Source: Minisyncoccia bacterium (GTDB taxonomy: Bacteria; Patescibacteriota; Minisyncoccia; Phycocordibacterales; Phycocordibacteraceae). From it: a stretch of DNA of 64,000 bases. Location of the stretch: contig JBGPJZ010000001.1 of NCBI GenBank assembly GCA_041485695.1, positions 129,316 through 193,315 of the forward strand, read 5' to 3'. Of the stretch, positions 9,901 through 18,353 are shown one piece after another. The position numbers were made by a program, and so were the translations under genes. The first letter of the stretch is position 1. Each line of letters opens with the position of its first letter. The notes below the pieces were generated by a model, which did not search any database, was not told where the DNA came from, and saw only the letters and a list, made by a program, of their open reading frames with translations.

Positions 9901-11822
9901 GTTAGTTGTTCTTTCGGCACTACGTACTCGATATCGTCATCAAACGAACGAATGATGATGCCAAGAGCAACACCAATGAGCCCCACGATCGCGAGCCACC
10001 ACAGTTGCCAGATCATCCCGAAACCAAAGAGGAAGCTCGCGCCGGCTATGATAAGACCCATGGCGGTATTTTTCGGCATCACGATGTCTTCGACCTCATG
10101 CGCCGCTGTGTGGGGAGCCTGTTTTTGCATCCAAAAAGCGTCCCGCCCGTGTACCTGCGGTATAGTCCTGAAGTTGTAAAAAGGCACGGGGGTCGCGGTC
10201 GACCACTCAAGCGTGCGGCCGCCCCAGGGGTCGCCACCCGCAACGTGCTTTTTCCTCTGCCAGACGCTCACGATAATCTGTAGCGCTTGCAAGCATACGG
10301 CGAGCGCAATGATGCAGGCGCCAACTGCAGCGACGACCAAGAGAGAGTGCCACCCGCTCGCGATGTCGACATAGTCAAGACGCCTCGTCATGCCCATAAG
10401 GCCGAGCGCATAGAGCGGGATAAATGCCGTCACGAACCCGACGATCCAGCACCAAAACGCGTAGGCGCCGATTTTCTCGTTTAGCGTGAAGCCCATGAAC
10501 TTGGGGAACCAGTAGGTAAGCCCGGCAAAAAAGCCGAAGAGGACGCCGCCGATAATCATATTGTGAAAGTGTGCGACCAAAAACAGGCTGTTATGGAGCT
10601 GGAAGTCTACGCCAGGCACTGACATGAGGACTCCCGTCATGCCGCCGATGGTGAACGTGACTAAAAACCCCATGAACCACAGCATCGGGGTTGCAAAGAT
10701 GATGCGCCCGCGAAACATGGTGAAGAGCCAATTGAATATCTTGACGCCAGTGGGGATGGATATGAGCATCGTCATGATGCCGAAAAAGGCGTTGACGTCC
10801 GCCCCCGCGCCCATGGTAAAGAAGTGGTGCAGCCACACGACGAATGAAAGAAGGACGATGAGCATGGTCGCCACGACCATGGAGGTGTAGCCGAACAATC
10901 TCTTTTGCGCGAACACCGGTACGATTTCAGAAAAGACGCCGAACGCGGGCAAGATAAGGATGTACACCTCGGGGTGGCCCCATGCCCAGATAAGGTTGAC
11001 ATAAAGCATTGCGCTGCCGCCGAGGTCGGTAGTGAAAAAGTGCATGTCGAGGAGGCGGTCCAAGGAGAGCATTGCGAGGGTAGCCGTGAGGATGGGGAAG
11101 GCAAAGATAACGAGGAGCATAGAGCCGAGCGCGGTCCAGACGAAAATCGGCATGCGCATCAAGGTCATGCCGGGCGCCCGCATCTTGATGATTGTCGCAA
11201 TAAAATTAACGCCCGAGAGCAAGGTGCCGACCCCCGCTATTTGCAGCGCCCAGATGTAGTAATCGACTCCCACTCCGGGACTGTATGCGAGCTCGGAGAG
11301 GGGAGGGTAGGCGAGCCAGCCGGTCGCTGCGAATTCGCCGAGGACCAGCGAGAGGTTCACGAGAGTAGCCCCGGCAATCGTAAGCCAAAAACTTAGCGAG
11401 TTGAGAAAGGGGTAGGCCACATCCCTGGCTCCGATCTGGAGCGGGACGACGAGGTTCACGAGGCCGAACATAAAGGGCATCGCCACGAAAAAGATCATAA
11501 TCACACCATGGGCGCTAAAGATCTGCGCGAAATGGTCTGGCGTCAAGAAGCCGACCTGGTCTCCGACCGCAAGCGCTTGCTGGCCGCGCATCATCAAGGC
11601 GTCGATGCCTCCGCGCAGAAGCATGACAAACGAGAGGATGATGTACATCGCTCCGATCTTCTTGTGGTCTACCGAGGTAAGCCACTCGCTCCAAAGCCAC
11701 TTCCAGCGTTTAAAGTAAAAGAGCAAACCGACGGCGGCGAGGCCTCCCATGACGACGCTTAATTGACCGAAGGTTTCGATCGGCCCGTGTATAAGCGCGT
11801 CCAGTGTTAGTTTTCCAAACAT
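9897..11822 (-). CDS. cyoB: Cytochrome bo3 quinol oxidase subunit I
   Basis: WGHPEVY, WLHH and AHFH metal ligands. Quinol-site residues in LRGGID and DHFAQ. Confidence 0.97.
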   Translation of the reverse strand: MFGKLTLDALIHGPIETFGQLSVVMGGLAAVGLLFYFKRWKWLWSEWLTSVDHKKIGAMYIILSFVMLLRGGIDALMMRGQQALAVGDQVGFLTPDHFAQIFSAHGVIMIFFVAMPFMFGLVNLVVPLQIGARDVAYPFLNSLSFWLTIAGATLVNLSLVLGEFAATGWLAYPPLSELAYSPGVGVDYYIWALQIAGVGTLLSGVNFIATIIKMRAPGMTLMRMPIFVWTALGSMLLVIFAFPILTATLAMLSLDRLLDMHFFTTDLGGSAMLYVNLIWAWGHPEVYILILPAFGVFSEIVPVFAQKRLFGYTSMVVATMLIVLLSFVVWLHHFFTMGAGADVNAFFGIMTMLISIPTGVKIFNWLFTMFRGRIIFATPMLWFMGFLVTFTIGGMTGVLMSVPGVDFQLHNSLFLVAHFHNMIIGGVLFGFFAGLTYWFPKFMGFTLNEKIGAYAFWCWIVGFVTAFIPLYALGLMGMTRRLDYVDIASGWHSLLVVAAVGACIIALAVCLQALQIIVSVWQRKKHVAGGDPWGGRTLEWSTATPVPFYNFRTIPQVHGRDAFWMQKQAPHTAAHEVEDIVMPKNTAMGLIIAGASFLFGFGMIWQLWWLAIVGLIGVALGIIIRSFDDDIEYVVPKEQLT

Positions 11823-11824
11823 AG

Positions 11825-12766
11825 TTACATTCCGGGCATGCCCATAGAGGGCCCGCCCGAACGATCGCCCGCCTGAATGACAGAGTCGGGCAGGGAGTCG
11901 TCCGGTCGGGCGGGCGCCATGAATTTCATCAGAATTGTATCGTAGAGGGTATCTGCTACGTTCCCATAGTATGCCGGTGGGTTCGCCTGGCTCGGCTTTG
12001 CGAGTGCGTCATAGGCATGTAGAGTGAGCGATTCCGATGATTGCCGCACCGACTCGACCCAGGCATCAAAATCACTCCCTGAAACAGCTTCTGCAGTGAA
12101 GTTCATCTGCGCGAACCCGTCCCCGCTATAATTTGCCGATCGCCCAGCGAAGGTACCCGTATGGTCGGCGACGAGATTGAGTTCAGTCGACATGCCGGTC
12201 ATTGCGTAAATCTGGCCACCGAGTTCCGGGATCCAGAACGAGTTCATAGGGGCGTCAGCGGTGATAAGAAACTGTATGGGCCGGTTAACGGGGAAGCGCA
12301 CGCTCTGTACGGCGGCTATATGCTGCTCGGGGTAGATGAACAGCCACTTCCACGAGAGAGCCACCACCTCTATCGTAAGCGGCGGCGCCGCTATGGCAAG
12401 CGCTTTGTGCGGATCAAGGGCGTGGGTGCTGCTCCAGGTAATCGCGCTTAGCACGAGCACGATTTCAATCGGGATCGCCCACCACACGAGTTCGCTCATA
12501 GCACCATGCTCCCAGTTGGGGCTATAGACCGCGCGCGTATTGCTTCTCCGATACCACCACGCAAAGAAGAAGGCCAAGCCGAATACGGCGATGGCGACAA
12601 TTAGCATGAGGGAGACGACGTTTGTAATAAGCGTCAGCTCCTCCTTTGCCAGGAGCCCTTTCGGGGCAAGGATGGCAATAGTATGGCCCTGCATTAAAAA
12701 TACGATGAGGCCCAAAATACACGCGCACGCACTAAGGGAAATCGCTAAAACATGGACGGGCTTCAT
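11825..12766 (-). CDS. cyoA: Cytochrome bo3 quinol oxidase subunit II
   Basis: [33 protein letters not shown]. No CuA cysteines. Confidence 0.95.
   Translation of the reverse strand: MKPVHVLAISLSACACILGLIVFLMQGHTIAILAPKGLLAKEELTLITNVVSLMLIVAIAVFGLAFFFAWWYRRSNTRAVYSPNWEHGAMSELVWWAIPIEIVLVLSAITWSSTHALDPHKALAIAAPPLTIEVVALSWKWLFIYPEQHIAAVQSVRFPVNRPIQFLITADAPMNSFWIPELGGQIYAMTGMSTELNLVADHTGTFAGRSANYSGDGFAQMNFTAEAVSGSDFDAWVESVRQSSESLTLHAYDALAKPSQANPPAYYGNVADTLYDTILMKFMAPARPDDSLPDSVIQAGDRSGGPSMGMPGM
11852..11914. repeat. Nested in-frame palindromic micro-elements inside cyoA
   Basis: Outer CCCGCCCGAACGA...TCGTCCGGTCGGGCGGG interrupted by a 27-bp inner CCCGCCTGAATGACAGAGTCGGGCAGG (11868-11894). Confidence 0.7.
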
Positions 12767-12813
12767 AGCGATAGAGGTACCTGTAGTATAGCGCGTGATA
12801 GTATGGGAGGCAT

Positions 12814-13287
12814 ATGGATCAACCGATGGGTGAGCAGATTAGGAGAGATGCGATTGCGTTTTTACAAAAGAATACCGCAGGAGCGCTCGCCACCGTCGGG
12901 AGCGACGGGAGCCCGCACGTACGGCTGGTGTATTACTCGTGCAATGACTCGTTCGAGATTTATTTCATGACCAAGCGGGATAGCCGCAAGGTCGAGGATA
13001 TCGCCGGTAACCCGCGGGCGGCCTTCACGATCTCTTCGCAAGAGGTGCCGCAGACGCTCCAGATAGAAGGCACGGCCTCTCTTGTAGACATACCTGCGGA
13101 GCCCGATGCCGTCTTAAACGCGCTCTTCGAACGCCTCGCTTCGAACAAGCACTTTACCGCGCCCATCACCAAGATGGGCGACAGCGAGCTTCTCCTGTAC
13201 AAGATAGCTCCCCTGTGGATACGCTGGGGCGACTTCGCCTTTGCGCAAAAAGGCCCGACCGGCATCTTTATCGAGATTGCCGGATAG
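12814..13287 (+). CDS. Pyridoxamine 5'-phosphate oxidase-like (split-barrel) protein
   Basis: LATVxxDGxPHVR, SRKV.DI..NP, LQIEG.A. Confidence 0.85.
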   Translation: MDQPMGEQIRRDAIAFLQKNTAGALATVGSDGSPHVRLVYYSCNDSFEIYFMTKRDSRKVEDIAGNPRAAFTISSQEVPQTLQIEGTASLVDIPAEPDAVLNALFERLASNKHFTAPITKMGDSELLLYKIAPLWIRWGDFAFAQKGPTGIFIEIAG

Positions 13288-13300
13288 CCTGCGAAGAAGA

Positions 13301-15217
13301 ATGGAGCATCCTCCCACCGATAAGCCCCTCGAAAGTTCTCAGGACAGGCACGCGGGACACCATACGGAGGATTTTTTGAAGAAGTTCTGGGTGGTGTTTG
13401 TCCTCACCATCCCGATTGTCCTCTACTCCGATTTGCCGCAGGCGTTTTTCTCGTGGGTCGCGCCTGCATTCCCGGGGTCAGGGTACCTTGAGCTCGTACT
13501 AGGGAGCGTCGTCTTTTTCTATGGTGGATTAGTTTTCCTTACAGGCGCGGTGCGTGAGCTGCGGGCACGCCTGCCCGGCATGATGACCTTGATTGCGCTT
13601 GCGATTACTGTCGCATATCTCTACAGCGTCGGGTCACTCTTGTTTGGGAACGGGATGACGCTCTTTTGGGAGCTTTCGACCCTGATTGCAGTGATGCTTA
13701 TCGGCCACTGGGTTGAAATGCGGGCGGTTCAAAGTGCGAAGGGTGCTTTGCAAGAACTAGCAAAACTATTGCCAGACACAGCGGAAGTAATACGAGATGG
13801 AAAAATCATAGCCACGCCACTAAGCGGACTGCAAAACGGCGACATCGTTTTGGTACGTCCGGGCGGGAAGATCCCGGCTGACGGTACCGTGGTCGAAGGA
13901 GACTCCGAAGCAGATGAATCGCTTATTACGGGCGAATCTCGGCCTGTTGCTAAAGCCGTCGGCGCTCTCGTCATCGCAGGATCAATCGATGGCGATGGCA
14001 GCTTACAAATTAGAGTAGAAAAAATCGGCAAAGACACCTTTCTTGCGGGCGTCATGCGGCTCGTAGCTGAAGCTGAAGCCTCGAAGTCGCGCTTGCAGCT
14101 CCTCTCTGATCGCGCCGCATTCTATTTGACCATTCTTGCGGTGGGTGCGGGCGGCATCACCTTTATTGCGTGGCTCTTTGTCGGACAGAGTTTTGGTTTT
14201 GCCATCGAACGGCTTGTCGCAGTCCTCGTTATCGCATGCCCGCACGCGCTTGGGCTTGCGATACCGCTCGTTGCGTCTATTTCGACTACGATGGCAGCCA
14301 CAAACGGCTTCTTCGTGAAGCGCCGCCTCGCCCTCGAGGCGGCGCGCAGTATCAGCACCGTTTTGTTTGATAAAACAGGGACGCTTACGCAGGGCGCTTT
14401 TTCTGTAACGTCATTTACCTCGCCCGAAACTCTCGGATTTGCCGCTGCCGTCGAGCGTCATTCAGAGCACCCTATCGGTAAAGCGATCGTAGAAGAGGCA
14501 CATAAACGAGGTCTTGCGATACCCGAAGCGACACATTTCAAACGCCTCCCCGGGGTCGGCGCGGAGGCACTCGTGAATGGGAAAAAAGTATTCGTCGGGC
14601 ACCGCGGTGGGGTAGACACCCGCGTGGAGCTCGATGGTACTCTTGTGGGCCACGTCTCACTTGCTGACACTCCTCGACCGGAAGCAAAAGAGGCAGTCGA
14701 TATGCTCAAACGCATGGGACTCACCGTGGTCATGATTACGGGTGATTCCGACGAAGTAGCTTCGCAGGTAGCAAAAGAGCTGGGGATAGGGGAGTACTTT
14801 GCGCGCGTACGGCCAGAGGAGAAATCCCAAAAGGTGAAACTCCTCCAAAGCAAGGGAGAAAAGGTCGCAATGGTGGGGGACGGGGTTAATGACGCGCCCG
14901 CACTTAGCCAGGCCGACCTCGGTATCGCGATAGGGGCGGGTACGAATGTCGCCATCGAATCGGCGGGCATCATCCTTGTTAAAAATGACCCGCGCGACAT
15001 TCCAAAAATAATAAAGCTCTCGCGTTTGACGTATTCAAAAATGCTACAGAACCTTTTTTGGGCTACAGGGTACAACATTGTGGCGCTCCCGGTAGCCGCC
15101 GGCGCGCTTGCGGCCTACGGCATCGTGCTTCAACCGGCGTTTGCCGCGATCTTCATGTCGCTCTCAACCGTTATCGTCGCCGTGAACGCCTCCTTGTTGC
15201 GAGGCGCTAGGTTATAA
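13301..15217 (+). CDS. copB: P1B-type copper-translocating ATPase (CPH/CopB type)
   Basis: TGES, CPH, DKTGT, SEHP, GDGVNDAP, YN, MSLST. Short His-containing N-terminus. Confidence 0.9.
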   Translation: MEHPPTDKPLESSQDRHAGHHTEDFLKKFWVVFVLTIPIVLYSDLPQAFFSWVAPAFPGSGYLELVLGSVVFFYGGLVFLTGAVRELRARLPGMMTLIALAITVAYLYSVGSLLFGNGMTLFWELSTLIAVMLIGHWVEMRAVQSAKGALQELAKLLPDTAEVIRDGKIIATPLSGLQNGDIVLVRPGGKIPADGTVVEGDSEADESLITGESRPVAKAVGALVIAGSIDGDGSLQIRVEKIGKDTFLAGVMRLVAEAEASKSRLQLLSDRAAFYLTILAVGAGGITFIAWLFVGQSFGFAIERLVAVLVIACPHALGLAIPLVASISTTMAATNGFFVKRRLALEAARSISTVLFDKTGTLTQGAFSVTSFTSPETLGFAAAVERHSEHPIGKAIVEEAHKRGLAIPEATHFKRLPGVGAEALVNGKKVFVGHRGGVDTRVELDGTLVGHVSLADTPRPEAKEAVDMLKRMGLTVVMITGDSDEVASQVAKELGIGEYFARVRPEEKSQKVKLLQSKGEKVAMVGDGVNDAPALSQADLGIAIGAGTNVAIESAGIILVKNDPRDIPKIIKLSRLTYSKMLQNLFWATGYNIVALPVAAGALAAYGIVLQPAFAAIFMSLSTVIVAVNASLLRGARL

Positions 15218-15227
15218 AAACGTCGAA

Positions 15228-15455
15228 CTATGCTGGGCGGGCGCGGAGCCAATCCATCACCTTTTTGCGGTGGACGTCGAGTGACCATGCGCCGGTCGCT
15301 TTAAAGAGGTTCGTATGAGCGGTCTCAAACTCTTCTAGGAGCGCGGCCGATGCGCGGGGGAAGGTAAGCGGAAGATTCTCGTTGTAGAGCTTTAAAAACT
15401 CTATGAGCGAGCGTGACATCTCGCTTCGCGCCCTATCAAGATCCGGCGTTCTCAT
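15228..15455 (-). CDS. Small hypothetical protein
   Basis: 75-aa ORF with TGnTATACT just upstream of the ATG. Confidence 0.65.
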   Translation of the reverse strand: MRTPDLDRARSEMSRSLIEFLKLYNENLPLTFPRASAALLEEFETAHTNLFKATGAWSLDVHRKKVMDWLRARPA

Positions 15456-15511
15456 TGCTTTCTAGTATACCATAAACCCCCAAAATTGTCAGCTCCTCCG
15501 AATAGACTGCG

Positions 15512-15769
15512 CTAGTTCGTCATCGCTCCCGTTTCCTCCTTCAGTTTGTTTTCAGTCATTTGCTTAACATTTTGTGCCGCTTTAATAGCGTTCAAATCCC
15601 GTTGAACCGTAGCGGGCGTGTCCATGGGGAATGCGCCCGTACCTCCGGTGCCGACACTTTTATTGTTAGTTGAAAATAGGTCCATCCGCCAGGTAAGAAA
15701 CGCGATAAGGAGACAGGTAATCAACAGTGCCAAGAGCCCGACGTATCCGCCCGACGTACTCCGGTTCAT
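15512..15769 (-). CDS. Small membrane-anchored hypothetical protein (pilin-like N-terminal hydrophobic helix)
   Basis: MNRSTSGGYVGLLALLITCLLIAFL, TACACT -10 upstream. Confidence 0.55.
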   Translation of the reverse strand: MNRSTSGGYVGLLALLITCLLIAFLTWRMDLFSTNNKSVGTGGTGAFPMDTPATVQRDLNAIKAAQNVKQMTENKLKEETGAMTN

Positions 15770-15875
15770 AGGTGCATAAAGTGTACCCCGACGGGTCAAG
15801 GGACGTTCTCTTAGCCATAGCCCGCCCTACGGGCGAGGCGGATCTGGGCAGTATGAAATTTGATAGGATAATCGC

Positions 15876-16127
15876 ATGGCTCACAAAGAACTCGCCGGCG
15901 GCGTGGTACACAAGATGCCAGCAGATTTGCGAAAGGCCCTGATTTCGACTCCGGCGGCGCGAGCGGCCTGGGAGGATATCACCCCGCTCGCACGCAACGA
16001 GTGGCTTTGCTGGATTACCTCCGGCAAAAAAGTAGAGACGCGGAGCGTCCGCATCAAGAAGGCGCTCTCAAAGCTTCGGGGCGGAATGCGCCGGCCTTGC
16101 TGTTGGGCCGGCTGCCCTCATCGTTGA
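15876..16127 (+). CDS. YdeI/OmpD-associated family protein
   Basis: P.DL..AL, TPLARNEW.CWI.S.KK.ETR, RRPCCWAGC. Confidence 0.85.
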   Translation: MAHKELAGGVVHKMPADLRKALISTPAARAAWEDITPLARNEWLCWITSGKKVETRSVRIKKALSKLRGGMRRPCCWAGCPHR

Positions 16128-16142
16128 TTCGAACCCATGTAT

Positions 16143-16186
16143 AAAAAAGAAAAGCCGCCTCCAACGACTTTTCGTTAGGGGCGGCG
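16143..16186 (-). terminator. Intrinsic terminator of cassette A
   Basis: Minus strand GCCGCCCCTAACGA-loop-TCGTTGGAGGCGGC followed by TTTTCTTTTTT. Confidence 0.8.
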
Positions 16187-16196
16187 AGGGTTGAGC

Positions 16197-16514
16197 TCAG
16201 GCCTTCTTTTTGGGCAGACGGCGGCAGATTCCATCCCAAATTTGCTTCCGTTCTTCCGCTGTAAAAGGCCTATGCAGCTCCAGACCGTATCCCGCCTGTT
16301 CATCATCGGTTCGGTCGTAGTGGACGTAAGTCTGCTCACTAAAGACGACCTGTGTTTTCTTCATATCCCCCATCTCTTCGACGAGAGCCGTCAGTGCCCA
16401 TTCAAGTTGCGAATGGGCCGAAGCTCCCTTGCCACGCCCAACAAGATAGATGCACTCAACAACATTCCTTGGATTCCGCCTCTCATAGACGGACAAAGAA
16501 AAGGTGACAGTCAT
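16197..16514 (-). CDS. Hypothetical protein (cassette A cargo, 105 aa)
   Basis: GGGAGG SD upstream of ATG at 16514, with its own promoter and terminator. Confidence 0.65.
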   Translation of the reverse strand: MTVTFSLSVYERRNPRNVVECIYLVGRGKGASAHSQLEWALTALVEEMGDMKKTQVVFSEQTYVHYDRTDDEQAGYGLELHRPFTAEERKQIWDGICRRLPKKKA

Positions 16515-16551
16515 GGTGGCCTCCCGTGGCGCTAGAATGAACGTGTTTAAC

Positions 16552-16626
16552 GAGCTCGAAGACTCGTTGCTGTTTCTATATATAGCACACCATATAAATA
16601 CTGTCAACCTCTGCTCCGCCGGATAG
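16552..16626 (-). repeat. Cassette head copy A: degenerate tRNA-Asn 3' end, TTGACA-17-TATATA promoter and conserved leader
   Basis: Aligns with 17102-17176 at a 550-bp offset. Confidence 0.7.
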
Positions 16627-16657
16627 AAAACGTTCGAACCTGTTTGGTATAGAAATC

Positions 16658-16687
16658 AAAAGCCCCGCACCAAATTGTGCGGGGCTC
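16658..16687 (-). terminator. Intrinsic terminator of cassette B
   Basis: Minus strand AGCCCCGCAC-loop-GTGCGGGGCT followed by TTT. Confidence 0.8.
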
Positions 16688-16701
16688 GTGGCTCAACTCG
16701 T

Positions 16702-17055
16702 CTACCATCCCTTCATCCAGAAACCCTGCTGCTGACCGAAGGGCGTGATGTAACACATCACTTTTGCCGTCGGGAAATGCCTGCTCACCGCTTCGCCGAG
16801 CTGCTTTGCAAGCGTCGCGCGAACCTCGTCGGTTCGTTCGGGCATTTCCCAGAGTTCGGCGACCTCGATAGCAATTTCGGTTCCGAGACCGTAGTTCATC
16901 ATATCTTTTGGGAAAAGAGTAAGGATGTCCCCCTCATCTTTCAAACCAAGTTCCTTGACACTTACTGCGGCTCTAACGATTTCTTGATGAACCTCGCGAA
17001 GTTTTTCCTCAGTGAGATTGTTGGGGAGGCACCAAACCTTGATCATCGGCATCAT
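16702..17055 (-). CDS. Tautomerase/MIF-superfamily-like protein (cassette B cargo)
   Basis: M(M)P-MIKV start giving Pro-1 after Met removal. KPER-like MPERT.EVR..LA pattern, beta-alpha-beta layout. Confidence 0.6.
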   Translation of the reverse strand: MMPMIKVWCLPNNLTEEKLREVHQEIVRAAVSVKELGLKDEGDILTLFPKDMMNYGLGTEIAIEVAELWEMPERTDEVRATLAKQLGEAVSRHFPTAKVMCYITPFGQQQGFWMKGW

Positions 17056-17101
17056 CCAAGCGTCCTTCGGCGCGATAGCGATAGATTGAAAGGGAACAAT
17101 T

Positions 17102-17176
17102 GAGCTTAATGACTCGGTACTGCTTTCTTATATATCACGATACAGTATAACTGTCAAATCTAGCTCCGCGGGTAAG
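17102..17176 (-). repeat. Cassette head copy B, including an exact 12-bp direct repeat of the tRNA-Asn 3' end (att-like)
   Basis: GCTCCGCGGGTA at 17163-17174 equals 17246-17257. TTGACA (minus) at 17157-17152. Confidence 0.75.
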
Positions 17177-17203
17177 TAAGCTTGCCCGCGTTCTCCTCGT
17201 TCA

Positions 17204-17236
17204 AAAACAAAAAGCCCTTTCAAGGCTTTTTGTTTT
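17204..17236 (-). terminator. Terminator hairpin after tRNA-Asn
   Basis: Minus strand AAAACAAAAAGCCTT-GAA-AGGGCTTTTTGTTTT. Confidence 0.75.
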
Positions 17237-17246
17237 ACTCACTCGG

Positions 17247-17539
17247 CTCCGCGGGTAGGAGTCGAACCTACAACCAACTCCTTACATCGATCCTTACGTT
17301 TCCGAAAGGGATGGACTATATCATCACCGGATCTCGGTGCGAGGAGCTTCCAATCTCGACAGTACGTCGGAACTGTACTCCCGTTAGGGATAGTCTCTGA
17401 ACCTTTCCTGTTTTTACAGGACTTGGCTGCTGATTACCCGACAAGGGCTTCCAGCAATTCACCTCGTTATTCGACTCGGATTCCTCCGAGAAGCTGCGTT
17501 AAGCCACAGGGAGCTGCTCTACCATTGAGCTACCGCGGA
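17247..17539 (-). tRNA. tRNA-Asn(GUU), intron-containing (exons 17539-17506 and 17284-17247)
   Basis: Joined exons TCCGCGGTAGCTCAATGGTAGAGCAGCTCCCTGT|TAAGGAGTTGGTTGTAGGTTCGACTCCTACCCGCGGAG fold as a cloverleaf with anticodon loop CTGTTAA. CCA not encoded. Confidence 0.93.
17285..17505 (-). ncRNA. Group I self-splicing intron (221 nt, no ORF) within the tRNA-Asn anticodon
   Basis: P AATTGCTGGAA, Q AATCAGCAG, R GTTCAGAGACTA, S GATATAGTCC. P1 CUGU/GCAG with U.G at the 5' splice site. Terminal omega-G. Confidence 0.92.
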
Positions 17540-17617
17540 ATGTCTCGAACGTATCGATTATACACATAGCTTTCTTATTGAAACAAGTGCATTAACACAC
17601 AGTGTTATGCTGTATGT

Positions 17618-17972
17618 ATGATGCGATCATGTAAGAGGCATGGGGTCACGAAATATTTCATGCGCACCGAAGGGTGGTATCGATGCGGGAAATGCGCGTC
17701 GGAAGCTGTCATTGAAAATCGGCGGCGGAAAAAGACAAAACTTGTGGAGAAGTTCGGTGGCAAGTGTACTATATGCGGATACAATAAATACGTTGGAGCT
17801 CTTGATTTTCATCACACGAGTCCTAAGACAAAGAAGTTTGCTCTAAGTGTTAAAGGACTGTCGTATTCATGGAGCTCAATTCTCGAGGAAGCAAAAAAAG
17901 TGCACATTAGTATGCAAGAATTGTCATGCCGAGATTGAAGCGGGTATTACTAATCTCTCCGTCAAAAATTAA
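17618..17972 (+). pseudogene. HNH endonuclease with N-terminal zinc-binding motif, frameshifted in an A7 run at 17893-17899
   Basis: C..CGY....ALDFHH in frame 0. The closing CTLVCKNCHAEIE motif follows in the +1 frame and ends at TAA 17970-17972. Confidence 0.8.
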
Positions 17973-17975
17973 AAT

Positions 17976-18353
17976 ATGATTGAACACATCTCTGTGCCGG
18001 TGAAGAATGCGAAGAAGGCGAAGAAGTTCTACGCCGCGGCCCTGAAGCCGCTTGGCTACAAGCTCAAGTATGAGTGGGGTCCCTCCGCCGCGGGCTTCAT
18101 GGAGGGCGGGCATACGAGCTTCATCATCATGGGCAGGAAGCGCCCGCAAAAGACGCACGTCGCTTTCCACGCGAAAAGCAAGAAGGCCGTGCAGGGTTTT
18201 TACAAAGCGGCGATGAAGGCCGGTGCGAAGGACAACGGCGCGCCCGGTTTCCGCACGGACTACGGGCCGACCTACTACGCGGCCTTCGTCTATGACCCCG
18301 ACGGCCACAACGTCGAGGCGTGTTATTTCGGCGCTCGCGCTCCAGGGATGTAG
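17976..18353 (+). CDS. VOC/glyoxalase family protein
   Basis: HISVPV, FY.AAL.PLG, HVAF, DNGAPG.R, YYAAFV.DPDGHNVEA. Confidence 0.9.
   Translation: MIEHISVPVKNAKKAKKFYAAALKPLGYKLKYEWGPSAAGFMEGGHTSFIIMGRKRPQKTHVAFHAKSKKAVQGFYKAAMKAGAKDNGAPGFRTDYGPTYYAAFVYDPDGHNVEACYFGARAPGM

Noticed and set aside
16128-17257. CRISPR array or classical integron attC interpretation of the repeats
   Set aside because: The period is about 500-550 bp, the repeats are tRNA- and promoter-derived, and I saw no cas or intI gene and no clear attC core pair.
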